Shown: positions 1 through 8,571 of the stretch, piece by piece
Position numbering within the stretch: the stretch's first letter is position 1
How the letters are laid out: each line of letters starts with the position of its first letter
Source: Vulcanimicrobiota bacterium
GTDB taxonomy: Bacteria; Vulcanimicrobiota; Vulcanimicrobiia; Vulcanimicrobiales; Vulcanimicrobiaceae
Direction of reading: 5' to 3'
Length of the DNA stretch: 64,000 bases
NCBI GenBank assembly: GCA_003151115.1
Contig: PLWS01000001.1
Location: forward strand, 51,438 to 115,437
Position numbers and translations under genes: made by a program
The notes under the pieces: generated by a model
Database searches by the model: none
Seen by the model: only the letters and a program-made list of their open reading frames with translations
Told to the model about the DNA's origin: nothing

Positions 1-313
1 AAAGTTTGCGGAAGATCGAGTTTTCTTGCGCCAGGTAACCGATGCCGCGGCGCGAGCGCTGATACATCGGCGCAGACGTCAGGTCGACTTCGCCTGCGTC
101 CGTCTCGAGCAGCACCGATCCGCCGTCGGCTTTGACCAACCCGACGACCATGTAAAACGTGGTTGTCTTGCCCGCCCCGTTAGGGCCGAGCAGACCGACG
201 ATTTCGCCGGTCCGGACTTCGGCGCTGACGCCGTCGACGACGGTCCGCTCGCCGTAACGCTTCCGCAAGTCTCTCAGTTGTATTTCGCGCGCCGGAAGCT
301 GCTGCGCGCTCAT
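1..313 (-). CDS. lptB: LPS export ABC transporter ATP-binding protein LptB, N-terminal part (gene runs off the window edge)
   Basis: Not in the ORF track because it is open at the edge. Hand translation of the minus strand from ATG 313..311 gives [60 protein letters not shown].., with Walker [14 protein letters not shown] overlap with the stop of the upstream OstA-like gene. Confidence 0.85.
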   Translation of the reverse strand, partial: MSAQQLPAREIQLRDLRKRYGERTVVDGVSAEVRTGEIVGLLGPNGAGKTTTFYMVVGLVKADGGSVLLETDAGEVDLTSAPMYQRSRRGIGYLAQENSIFRKL

Positions 314-852
314 CTCATCACCATACGCGTCAATCTGATGTCGGAGGTAAAGGTATTACCGGTCAGCACTTCGCGCGATCCGTTCTGATCGGCGGTCATG
401 CGCACGTTACCGCTCCCTGCCAGCATGCTCGTCGCGCGATCGTAGGTCAGGCGGTCGCAGGTGAGCGTCGCGCCCGTACTCGTGTGCGCTTGAACGCCGC
501 CTGAAAGGGTGACTTGTTTGGTGCGTTCGTCGACGGCGGCTTGCGGAGCTTGCGCGGTGAGCGACGAGCCACCCTTATCGTAAAACGTCACGGTTGCTTC
601 ACGAAAAGTTGCTTGCGCGACGTTGTGCGCGGAACGGCTGACGTAGGAACGCGCCAGGAGTTCGTACACTTTCCGGTTGCCCGCCTGTTCGAACGTGCGC
701 ACGGGCGACTGCGCCGTTCCGTGCCCGGTGATCTTGAGCGGGGGCACGCCCTGCGGCGACGGAGACGGCGTCGGCGCGGGATTGCGCACCGGCTGAGGAT
801 TGCACGCGGTCAGCGCTGCAGCCGCAACGAGAATCGTGCCGATACTTTTCAT
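310..852 (-). CDS. LptA/OstA-like periplasmic LPS-transport protein, predicted lipoprotein
   Basis: ORF 310..1068 trimmed to ATG 852..850, giving [17 protein letters not shown] (lipobox LTAC). OstA-like beta-rich body (..[32 protein letters not shown]..). Sits between lptB and lipid A genes, with ATGA overlaps on both sides. Confidence 0.7.
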   Translation of the reverse strand: MKSIGTILVAAAALTACNPQPVRNPAPTPSPSPQGVPPLKITGHGTAQSPVRTFEQAGNRKVYELLARSYVSRSAHNVAQATFREATVTFYDKGGSSLTAQAPQAAVDERTKQVTLSGGVQAHTSTGATLTCDRLTYDRATSMLAGSGNVRMTADQNGSREVLTGNTFTSDIRLTRMVMR

Positions 853-2060
853 GACGATCGCGATTGCTCTCCAAGTCCATCCGTGGCCGTGACCAATGCG
901 AGCGCCATTGACGGCAGCCATAATCCTAAAGTGACGACGCTCACGGTATCGATGAGCCCTTGCACCCACGTGCCGACGAGTCCCGCCGCGACCGCGAGCG
1001 CGATGGTCGAGTTCGCGGGCGACGCGCCGTGCAGCCTGCGCAGCAGCTCGAGCGCGAAGCGCCACCAAGCAAAGAGCACCGCGAGCAGTCCGACGAGGCC
1101 CGTCTCGGCAAAGATCGTCAGCAAAAAGCTGTGCGCGTGAAACGCGGCAGCGTCGCCGTCGGGCAGGCGCACGAGCGGGTAGATGCGCGCGAAATTAAAC
1201 GGACCGACGCCCGTAAGCGGAAAGCGCCGCACGATTTCGATGCCCGCTTGCCAGATGGAGAGGCGTGTGTAGTTTTCCGAAGGATTGTGATGCGCGTTGA
1301 AGACCACGAGCACCGCCGCGAGTCCACCCAGCAAAATGAGCGGCGCATAGCGCCGCCGCACGTGGCCGCCGAAAAAGAGATAGAACGCGATCGCCGCCGC
1401 CAGTCCCATCCATCCGGCGCGCGAAAACGTCATGAGAAATGCGGCCGCGCCGGCAGCCAGCGCGCCCCAGGCCAGCGCGCGCATGCGCGCGTCCGATGAA
1501 ACGCGCGCGACCGCATACGCGATCGGCAAGAAGATGATCAAATAACCCGCCAACTCGCCGGTTAGCATGAACGTTCCGATCGCGCGGCCGTGACCGATTG
1601 CGTATTGCGAGGCCGGGAGCCGCGTGATGACCATGACGATCGCGGCGAGCGAAGACAGCGCGCCGGATACCAGATAGGTCGTGAAGATCGCACGGCTCAC
1701 ACCGGGAGCTCCGTAGTACCGCAAGATGGCCAGATGCCAGACCAGTGCTAAACCGAAGGTTCCGATGAAGAGCAGCCCGCCGCGCGGATCGAAACCGAGC
1801 GCGGCCGAGAGCAGCGCTGCACCCATCCAAACCAGCAGCGGCCAAAACGTCGCAGGCGTTTCGCGCGGCGGAACGAGCAGCGTTACGATCGCGTAGACCG
1901 CGACGATAGCCATCAGTACGAACAGCGCCACTGCGAACCAGCGCGGCACCAGCGAAACGCCTGGAACGGTAACCGCCGTCAACGTAATGAACGCGGGAAA
2001 AAACGGGATGACGAAATTCGTCACCGCAAACGCGAGCGGCAGTCCGCGCGTCAAGCGCAA
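849..2060 (-). CDS. O-antigen ligase / Wzy_C-family polytopic membrane protein
   Basis: 403-aa ORF with many hydrophobic segments. Loop FSRAGWMGLAAAIAF and HAHSFLLTIFAETGLVG are typical of WaaL/O-antigen polymerase-like proteins. Embedded in the LPS cluster. Confidence 0.7.
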   Translation of the reverse strand: MRLTRGLPLAFAVTNFVIPFFPAFITLTAVTVPGVSLVPRWFAVALFVLMAIVAVYAIVTLLVPPRETPATFWPLLVWMGAALLSAALGFDPRGGLLFIGTFGLALVWHLAILRYYGAPGVSRAIFTTYLVSGALSSLAAIVMVITRLPASQYAIGHGRAIGTFMLTGELAGYLIIFLPIAYAVARVSSDARMRALAWGALAAGAAAFLMTFSRAGWMGLAAAIAFYLFFGGHVRRRYAPLILLGGLAAVLVVFNAHHNPSENYTRLSIWQAGIEIVRRFPLTGVGPFNFARIYPLVRLPDGDAAAFHAHSFLLTIFAETGLVGLLAVLFAWWRFALELLRRLHGASPANSTIALAVAAGLVGTWVQGLIDTVSVVTLGLWLPSMALALVTATDGLGEQSRSS

Positions 2061-3181
2061 CGGCGCACGATCTCTTCAGCGATGCGCCGCGCCGCGCCGG
2101 GAGCTCCCAAACGCTCGCGGCCGATGCGCGCCATGCTCATCCGCTCGCGCTCGTCTTCCAATAGAGCCGCGACTTCACGCGCGCCCGACTGCACGTCGCG
2201 CGGCAGGACGCGCAGCGCGCCCCCCAATAGCGCCACCTGGCGCCGGCGGTACCATCCGCCGCCTTCGAATGCGATCACCGGCACGCCCGCGGCGGCCGCA
2301 GCTTCGTTTGCCGTGCCGGCTTGCCCCAACAGCAGTTGCGCGACGGCAATCGCCGCGCCGATCTCGCCGGCCCATGCGCGCGCGATCTCGTTTCCCTCCG
2401 CACAGACCGAAAATGGTTCCATCGGAACGCCGCGCGGAATAACTTCAAAGCCCGCGCGCTGCAGTGCGTCGGCGAAACGTTCGGCGGTTAAGCCGGGCGC
2501 AACCGAGAGCACGCCGTGGACTCCCGGCCGCAGCTTCTGCGCACCGGCGAGCACGGCGAGCAAGAACGCGGCTTGATCGTAAGCATCATCCCGGCTGCCG
2601 GGAAAGATCGCCACGATCGAATCGCCCGCCGAGCTCGGACGCCGCGGATGCTCGGCGACGCCGAGATCGGCCATGACGTTCGCATCGCTCGCGCGAATGC
2701 CGTGGGCCTCCAGGCGCTGCACGGTTGCGGCATCGCGCACGAACGCGGCCGCCGCGCGCCGGATCAGCCGCTCTTCAAAACGTCCGTAAGGCGCGACGTA
2801 GACGCTCTTGGCCGTTCCGACAAAAATGACCGGCACGCTCGCACGCAACGCCATGAACAGCGCGAACGAATCGCCGACGGCGACCACCGCGGAATAATCC
2901 CGGCCGCTGCGCGCCAAAAAACGCCATTGCGCGAACGTCAGCGGGGCGAGCCCGGCGGCAATGTCGCGCGCGAGGTTGCGGACGTTTCCCATCGCGACCA
3001 TTCCGCCGCTCGGCATCTTTCTGCGCGGTCCCACGTCGTGGAGCGCCGGCGAATGGCCGGCGTCACCGACGAGCGCGATATGGTCGCAGCGCAGCTCAGA
3101 GAGCTTCTCCGTTTCGCGCGCTATGCGCGCTGCGATCGCCGTCTCTCCGTGCCCGTTCGAAACGAACAGCACGGATTTCAT
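2051..3181 (-). CDS. Lipid-A-disaccharide-synthase-related GT-B protein (LpxB paralog of unknown function)
   Basis: 376 aa. The N-terminus MKSVLFVSNGHGETAIAARI and C-terminal ..GQAGTANEAAAAAGVPVI.. resemble the 'LpxB-related protein' family as I remember it. Adjacent to lpxB. Confidence 0.55.
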   Translation of the reverse strand: MKSVLFVSNGHGETAIAARIARETEKLSELRCDHIALVGDAGHSPALHDVGPRRKMPSGGMVAMGNVRNLARDIAAGLAPLTFAQWRFLARSGRDYSAVVAVGDSFALFMALRASVPVIFVGTAKSVYVAPYGRFEERLIRRAAAAFVRDAATVQRLEAHGIRASDANVMADLGVAEHPRRPSSAGDSIVAIFPGSRDDAYDQAAFLLAVLAGAQKLRPGVHGVLSVAPGLTAERFADALQRAGFEVIPRGVPMEPFSVCAEGNEIARAWAGEIGAAIAVAQLLLGQAGTANEAAAAAGVPVIAFEGGGWYRRRQVALLGGALRVLPRDVQSGAREVAALLEDERERMSMARIGRERLGAPGAARRIAEEIVRRCA

Positions 3182-3915
3182 GCGGCCGCCAGCAGCGGGA
3201 CGAGCGCGAACGACGAGAGTGACCAGCGGCCGCGCGTCACGTCGTAGTCCAAATCGGTTTGCGAGACGTACTGTCCGTAGGGTCCGGCATGCACGATCGG
3301 AACGCCGCCGCGCACTTCAGGTTCGAAGAGCGTGTCGTGGCTGTGCCCGCCGAGCAGCAGATCGACGCGCGGATTGGCGGCGGCCAGCTCTCGGTCGCGG
3401 TGCAAACCCAAATGCGAAAGCACGATCAAAACGTCGTCCGCCGGAACGGTCGCTGCGTATTCCCGCAGCACGGTCTGCGGATCCAAAAAACGCCAGCCGA
3501 AGATGCGCTCCCACGGACTTCCGGCCGGGTACTGTGTGACGAGCATTGCGACGAAGTGCACGCGAACCCTCGCGCCTTCCGCCCCATATTCGATGGTGTG
3601 AAAGCGCGAGAACGGCAGCTCGCGCCCTTTGAGATCGATCAGGTTGCTGCACAAGAGCGGGTGATGCATTTGCGCCGCGCGCGCGCGCAAGCATCCGAAG
3701 AGATAATGAAATTCGCGGTTGCCGACGGCCTGCGCGTCATATCCGGCGTTGTCGATCTCAGCGATGATCGGTTCGCTGCGATGGTAGACGGTCTGGCTGC
3801 CGCGCAACGAGTCGCCGCAGTCGAGCAGCAGTCCCGGCGAGTTCTGCCGCAGCGAACGCAATCGCGGCGCTATGCCGCGGCGATCGTGCAAGTCGGACGT
3901 ATGATAGACGCGCAT
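3178..3915 (-). CDS. Calcineurin-like metallophosphoesterase inside the lipid A operon
   Basis: ORF 3178..4359 trimmed to ATG 3915..3913 (ATGA overlap with the lpxB stop), 245 aa. Motifs: SDLHD, DCGDSLRGS, GNREFH, LSHLG, GGHSHD. Confidence 0.8.
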   Translation of the reverse strand: MRVYHTSDLHDRRGIAPRLRSLRQNSPGLLLDCGDSLRGSQTVYHRSEPIIAEIDNAGYDAQAVGNREFHYLFGCLRARAAQMHHPLLCSNLIDLKGRELPFSRFHTIEYGAEGARVRVHFVAMLVTQYPAGSPWERIFGWRFLDPQTVLREYAATVPADDVLIVLSHLGLHRDRELAAANPRVDLLLGGHSHDTLFEPEVRGGVPIVHAGPYGQYVSQTDLDYDVTRGRWSLSSFALVPLLAAA

Positions 3916-5030
3916 CAGTTCTTTCCGCTCTTCGCCAGCCCAAAGGCAAACGCCGCGCAGCGGTCGATCGCGCCCGGCGGCCCGAGCGCTTCGCGCAGCG
4001 CCGTAAACTCGGCATACTGCCGCGACGGATCGCGCAGCAGCTCGTCCATTTCCCCGGCCAAGCTTTCCGGAGTCGCCAGCTCTTGCAGTAGTTCGGGTAC
4101 GATCCGCCTGCGCATGACCAAATTCGGAAGCGCGATGAAACGTCCGGCGCGTACGCGCTGCGCGTAGGCTTCCAAGCGTGGCGAGACAACGTAGAGCGCG
4201 ACCAGCGGAACGGCCGAGAGCGCGCATTCGAGCACCGCAGTTCCCGACGATACCCAGGCTGCATCGGCGCCGGCAATCGCGGCGCTCGTGCCGGATACGT
4301 ACGAGATGTCCGTGATGCCTTCGCGCGCCGCGGCTTCTCGGATATACCGTTCGCCGCATTCGTCCGCCGGACCGGCGATCGCGCGCAGCTGTGGACGCTT
4401 CGCTTTCAATAGCCGCAAAGCGCGCAACAGCAGCGGTACGTGGTATTTCAGTTCGCTCGGACGGCTGCCCGGTAAAATTGCGACCGTGCCGCCGTCGAAC
4501 GGCGGCGCCGGGCGCGGCGGACGCATCGCATAGCGGTCAGCCAGCGGATGTCCGAAGTAGGCGATCGGCAATCCGAGCGTTTGAAAGAAATCGCGCTGAT
4601 GCGCGAACGCCGTCAGGGGCGTTGCGACGCGGGCGACGTCCTTCGCGCGTTTGGGGTCGTCGAGCCACGTTCCGGGCGGATAGAGATCGATCACCGGTTT
4701 GCGAAATCCGAGCGCACGCAAAACTTTGGCAAACCGCACGTTGAAAGCGCCGAAGTCGACGAGCACCACGAGATCCGGCGGCGAGAGCGCGAGCCCAGCG
4801 GCGATGCGCAATCCGATCGCCAGCAGTTTGGGAATGCGCGGAATAGCCGCGAGCGGTCCCATACTCGCCCATCCGCCGTTGTCTTGCCGGATCGTAAAGC
4901 CGGCCGCCCGCATGCGCTGCGACCCGATCCCTTCGAATCGCGCGTCCGGATCGAGGCGCGCTATCGCTTCGGCCAGCGCGACGGCCGTCAGTTCTCCCGA
5001 GGCTTCGCCGGTCGAGAAAAAATAGCGCAT
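3915..5030 (-). CDS. lpxB: Lipid-A-disaccharide synthase
   Basis: 371 aa. Starts MRYFFSTGEASGELTAVALAEAI.. (LpxB N-terminal GEASGD-type motif). Directly downstream of lpxA. Confidence 0.9.
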   Translation of the reverse strand: MRYFFSTGEASGELTAVALAEAIARLDPDARFEGIGSQRMRAAGFTIRQDNGGWASMGPLAAIPRIPKLLAIGLRIAAGLALSPPDLVVLVDFGAFNVRFAKVLRALGFRKPVIDLYPPGTWLDDPKRAKDVARVATPLTAFAHQRDFFQTLGLPIAYFGHPLADRYAMRPPRPAPPFDGGTVAILPGSRPSELKYHVPLLLRALRLLKAKRPQLRAIAGPADECGERYIREAAAREGITDISYVSGTSAAIAGADAAWVSSGTAVLECALSAVPLVALYVVSPRLEAYAQRVRAGRFIALPNLVMRRRIVPELLQELATPESLAGEMDELLRDPSRQYAEFTALREALGPPGAIDRCAAFAFGLAKSGKN

Positions 5031-5051
5031 GTTAGGAGCCCTGCCGGCTCC

Positions 5052-5822
5052 TCACTTCAGGAGTATGCCTTGCTGAGAGTCGGCTTCCAGGAACTCGATC
5101 ATGTGTTTGCCGGAGGCTGTCGCGGCCTCGGCTTTCATCGTCTCGATCGCTTGCGAAAGATTCAGCTTCGAACCGTACAGGATCTTATAAAACTTCTTGA
5201 TCTCGGCGCGCTCTTCGGCCGAGAACTCGGCACGCCGCAAGCCGACGCTGTTGAGCCCGTACGGTTCGGCCGGATTGCCGGCCACCAGAAAGAACGGCGG
5301 AACGTCGCGAGTGAGGCGGCTCGCGCCGCCGACCATCGCGTACGAGCCCACGCGCGTAAACTGATGCAGCGCCGTCATGCCGCCGATCAGCGCGTTGTCT
5401 TCGATAATGCAGTGCCCCGCCAGCTGCGCGAGGTTGCTCATCGTCACGCTGTTTCCGATGATGCAATTGTGCGCGATGTGGACGTAGGCCAGGAACAGGC
5501 AGTCGTCGCCGACCGAGGTCACTTGATCCTCGCCCGTAGCGCGCTGGATGCTGACGTATTCGCGCACCGTCGTCCGGCTTCCGACCCGCGTGTAGGCGCG
5601 TTCGCCCTGATATTTCTTGTCTTGCGACGGCGCGCCGATCGTCGCGAACGGAAAGATCTTGCAGTCTTCGCCGATCGTCGTCCAGCCGTTGACGACGACG
5701 TGGGACTGCAACACCGATCCACGTCCGATCGAAACGTTTTCGCCGACGATGCAAAACGGCCCGATCTCGACGCCACGATCTATGTTGGCGTTCGGGTGAA
5801 CGATCGCGGTCGGATGGATCAA
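5052..5822 (-). CDS. lpxA: UDP-N-acetylglucosamine acyltransferase
   Basis: 256 aa with left-handed beta-helix hexapeptide repeats (MIHPTAIVHPNANIDRGVEIGPFCIVGENVSIG..). C-terminal helical domain ..GLNSVGLRRAEFSAEERAEIKKFYKILY. TTG start. Confidence 0.93.
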   Translation of the reverse strand: MIHPTAIVHPNANIDRGVEIGPFCIVGENVSIGRGSVLQSHVVVNGWTTIGEDCKIFPFATIGAPSQDKKYQGERAYTRVGSRTTVREYVSIQRATGEDQVTSVGDDCLFLAYVHIAHNCIIGNSVTMSNLAQLAGHCIIEDNALIGGMTALHQFTRVGSYAMVGGASRLTRDVPPFFLVAGNPAEPYGLNSVGLRRAEFSAEERAEIKKFYKILYGSKLNLSQAIETMKAEAATASGKHMIEFLEADSQQGILLK

Positions 5823-5831
5823 GGGCGAACC

Positions 5832-6305
5832 TTAGACGTGCAGAACGGCCGCGTCGTAACCGAGCAGCCGTGGATCCGAAGAGATCGAGAACATGAGCTC
5901 CGCCGACACCGCGAACTCGTTGCCGACGCGTCCTTCCGCCTGCACCCAGCCGATGTTGCGCTTGTACTTGATCAGCGTCGCTTCCATCATGAAGCAGTCT
6001 CCGGGAATAACGGGGCGCCGAAACTTGGCGCGGTCGATCCCGGCCAGGTACGGGATCTTGCGCGAAAACTCTCCCGGCTCCAGCACGACGCAGCCGCCGA
6101 GCTGCGCGAGCGCTTCGATCATGTAGACGCCGGGCAACACCGGATTTCCCGGAAAATGTCCGGTGAAGACCGGTTCGTTATTGGTGATGTTTTTGTAGCC
6201 ACGCGCGCGCACGCCGGCTTCCAATTCCAGGATGCGATCGACGAGCAGCAACGGATAGCGGTGCGGCAGTATCTCCATGATCTGCCGGATGTCGAGCTCG
6301 GCCAT
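5832..6305 (-). CDS. fabZ: 3-hydroxyacyl-ACP dehydratase
   Basis: 157 aa. LPHRYPLLLVDRILE..FTGHFPGNPVLPGVYMIEALAQ is a canonical FabZ hot-dog motif. Confidence 0.95.
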   Translation of the reverse strand: MAELDIRQIMEILPHRYPLLLVDRILELEAGVRARGYKNITNNEPVFTGHFPGNPVLPGVYMIEALAQLGGCVVLEPGEFSRKIPYLAGIDRAKFRRPVIPGDCFMMEATLIKYKRNIGWVQAEGRVGNEFAVSAELMFSISSDPRLLGYDAAVLHV

Positions 6306-7148
6306 TTACGAACTCGCTTTCGCGGAAAGCTTGCTGCCAATTTGGCTGCGCAGCTGTTGCGTCATGATGCAGTGGAGTTTGTGGCCGCTCTTGATCGCGA
6401 TGATCTCGCACTGCGGCCACGCGCCGAGCAGCGCGAAGTCTCCCAGCAAGTCGAGCACCTTGTGGCGCACCGGCTCGTTCTCCCAGCGCAGCGGCTGCAG
6501 AGGCCCCGAGGGTGCGAAGACGAGCGCGTTCTCGAGCGTTCCGCCCTTGGCAAGGCCGCGCTTGAGCAGCGCTTCGACTTCGTGGACGTACCCGAACGTG
6601 CGCGCGCCGGCGATCTCCTTCAAGAACATCTCGGGGTCGATCTCCCCGTCAAAGAATTGCGTTCCGATCGGCGCCGCAAAATCTGCAACGAACTTCACGC
6701 GCAGCGCGCCCGCCGGCAGCACCGCGACCACGCGGTCGCCATCGCGCGCGAACGCGGGCACAGCCGGAACAAAGTTCTCGCGCGCTTCATGCTGCGTCGC
6801 GATGCCGGCGGCGGCGATCGCTTCGGCAAAAACTTTTGCGCTGCCGTCGGCTACGGGAATCTCCGGGCCGTCCACGGCCAGTTCGGCATTCGATACGCCC
6901 ATACCGAACAGTGCGGCCAAGACGTGCTCGATGGTCGAAATGGTGACGCCGTCTTTTCCGATGACGGTCGCGCGCGCCGTTTCGACGACATACTCCGCGA
7001 GCGCCGGTATCGCGACGCCGGAACTGACAAATTTGAATCCCGTACCCGGCGCCGCCGGCCGGATCTCCACTCGGCACGGGGCGCCCGAATGCAAACCTAC
7101 GCCTTCAAAGGCGAGCGGTTCACGAAGGGTCGTTTGGTAGTGAGTCAC
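6306..7148 (-). CDS. lpxC: UDP-3-O-acyl-GlcNAc deacetylase
   Basis: 280 aa. ..FEGVGLHSGAPCRVEIRPA..TISTIEHVLAALFGMGV..HKVLDLLGD.. are LpxC signatures. GTG start overlaps the lpxD stop (GTGA). Confidence 0.95.
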   Translation of the reverse strand: MTHYQTTLREPLAFEGVGLHSGAPCRVEIRPAAPGTGFKFVSSGVAIPALAEYVVETARATVIGKDGVTISTIEHVLAALFGMGVSNAELAVDGPEIPVADGSAKVFAEAIAAAGIATQHEARENFVPAVPAFARDGDRVVAVLPAGALRVKFVADFAAPIGTQFFDGEIDPEMFLKEIAGARTFGYVHEVEALLKRGLAKGGTLENALVFAPSGPLQPLRWENEPVRHKVLDLLGDFALLGAWPQCEIIAIKSGHKLHCIMTQQLRSQIGSKLSAKASS

Positions 7149-8167
7149 TGACGTTTTTCAAGCGCGTCGACACGGGCGACGAGCTTAGCCAGGTTGCGAA
7201 TCATGACCTCTCGCCGCATTTGCTGCTCGTGCGGACGAGCGGGCACGCCGCTGTAAAAAGCGCATTCGGGAACATCTTTCCAGACCTCGCTTCCGCCGCC
7301 GATGCGGGCGCGCGATCCGACCGTGAGATGTCCCGAGAAGCCGGCCTTTCCGCCGACCAAAACGTAATCGCCCAAGATCGTACTGCCCGCCAGCCCCACT
7401 TCGGCCGCGAGTCCGCAGTGTTTGCCGATGCGGCAGTTGTGACCGATCTGGCAAAGGTTGTCGATCTTCGTTCCGTCGCCGATCTGCGTGCTTCCCGTCT
7501 GCGCGCGATCGACACACGTGTTCGCGCCGATCTCTACGTCGTCGCCGAGCACCACGTTGCCGACCTGCGGGATCCTTTCAAACTTGCCGTCGATGAAGAC
7601 GTAGCCGAAACCGTCCGCGCCGATCACGGATCCGCTGTGAAGGATCGCGCGGTCACCGACGATGCATCCATCGAGCACGCTCGCGTGCGGATGCAGCAAG
7701 GTGTCGGCGCCGATCTTCGATTGCGCGCCGACGTACGATCCGGCTTCGAGCACGGCGCGTGCGCCGATGTGCGCTCCCTCGCTCACGACGGCGTGCGGTC
7801 CGATGTAGACGTCCGGACCGACGACAGCGTCGCCGGCAATTACCGCCGACGAATGGCGGAACGGACCCGTCTTACGCGGGCGCTCGAGTGTTTGGAGAAG
7901 CGCCGCGAGCGCGGCGCGCGCGTTTGGAACCGCGACGAGCGGCTTCTTCGGACGTTCGGTAAGTTCGGGTGAGAGCAGCGATTCTTCGACCAACACTGCG
8001 CCCGCGCGCGATTTCAGCGCCTCCTCGAGATAGGACGGCGTCGTCGCAAAAGTCAGCGTCTCGGAGTCCGCGTCGTCGATCGCCGCGATGCGCGCAACCT
8101 GGAACGTGCCGTCGCCGATCGCGCGGCCGCCGAGCCGCTGCGCCAGCTGACCGAGCGTTCCGAGCAC
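7145..8167 (-). CDS. lpxD: UDP-3-O-acylglucosamine N-acyltransferase
   Basis: 340 aa. N-terminal uridine-binding domain followed by long hexapeptide repeats (..IGADGFGYV..IPQVGNVVLGDDVEIGANTCVDR..). Confidence 0.93.
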   Translation of the reverse strand: MLGTLGQLAQRLGGRAIGDGTFQVARIAAIDDADSETLTFATTPSYLEEALKSRAGAVLVEESLLSPELTERPKKPLVAVPNARAALAALLQTLERPRKTGPFRHSSAVIAGDAVVGPDVYIGPHAVVSEGAHIGARAVLEAGSYVGAQSKIGADTLLHPHASVLDGCIVGDRAILHSGSVIGADGFGYVFIDGKFERIPQVGNVVLGDDVEIGANTCVDRAQTGSTQIGDGTKIDNLCQIGHNCRIGKHCGLAAEVGLAGSTILGDYVLVGGKAGFSGHLTVGSRARIGGGSEVWKDVPECAFYSGVPARPHEQQMRREVMIRNLAKLVARVDALEKRQ

Positions 8168-8571
8168 TATGGCGTAGGCGTCGGTTTTTCGGTAATGCCG
8201 AGCAGCTTTTCAACGTCTCCCGTGATGTCGGTCCCGCCGTATCCGACGAACTCGCGCGTCACGACCAGCTTCAGCTGTTTCTGCCCGGCCACTTTTGCAG
8301 CCGCGGCACGCACCTGCGAAACGAGCTGATTGGAGATTTGTGAGTAGCGCTGCTGCAGCTGCATCACCTGCCGCTGCTTGTCGGCGTTGGAACCCTTGCT
8401 CGCAGCGATGGCGCGCTGATCGGCCACCAGCTGATTCTGGGCGTTCGTGTAGACCGGCCAGTTCGCGGTCAGCCGCTGCACGTCGAGCAAGCCGATCGGG
8501 CTTCCGGAGCCGGCGCAGCCGGCGAGTAAGGCCGCTCCGAGAGCGGCGATGAAAACAATGTGCTTTTTCAC
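8167..8571 (-). CDS. Skp/OmpH-family periplasmic chaperone, lipoprotein form (paralog 1)
   Basis: 134 aa. Signal plus lipobox (LLAGC). Q-rich coiled coil. C-terminal ..KQLKLVVTREFVGYGGTDITGDVEKLL is a typical OmpH end. Confidence 0.8.
   Translation of the reverse strand: MKKHIVFIAALGAALLAGCAGSGSPIGLLDVQRLTANWPVYTNAQNQLVADQRAIAASKGSNADKQRQVMQLQQRYSQISNQLVSQVRAAAAKVAGQKQLKLVVTREFVGYGGTDITGDVEKLLGITEKPTPTP

Noticed and set aside
3916-4359. N-terminal extensions of track ORFs: 3178..4359, 10665..13295, 310..1068, 38209..39174, 47974..49626, 27200..28447, 59197..59940 and 46664..47431
   Set aside because: The extensions overlap the upstream genes and are Arg/Ser/Pro-rich. Internal ATG/GTG starts give proper signal peptides or conserved N-termini, often with ATGA/GTGA coupling to the preceding stop.
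4548-7151. 867-aa plus-strand ORF, and similar long ORFs at 15925..18348 (+), 44486..46150 (+), 62138..63655 (-), 8655..9728 (+), 11721..12806 (+), 34795..35964 (-) and 38299..39216 (-)
   Set aside because: They lie antisense to, or out of frame with, genes carrying unmistakable conserved motifs (lpxA/fabZ/lpxC, tamB, fdhA, fabF, skp, bamA, mnmG, parA). Their translations are Arg/Ala/Gly-rich low-complexity strings, typical of shadow ORFs in high-GC DNA.
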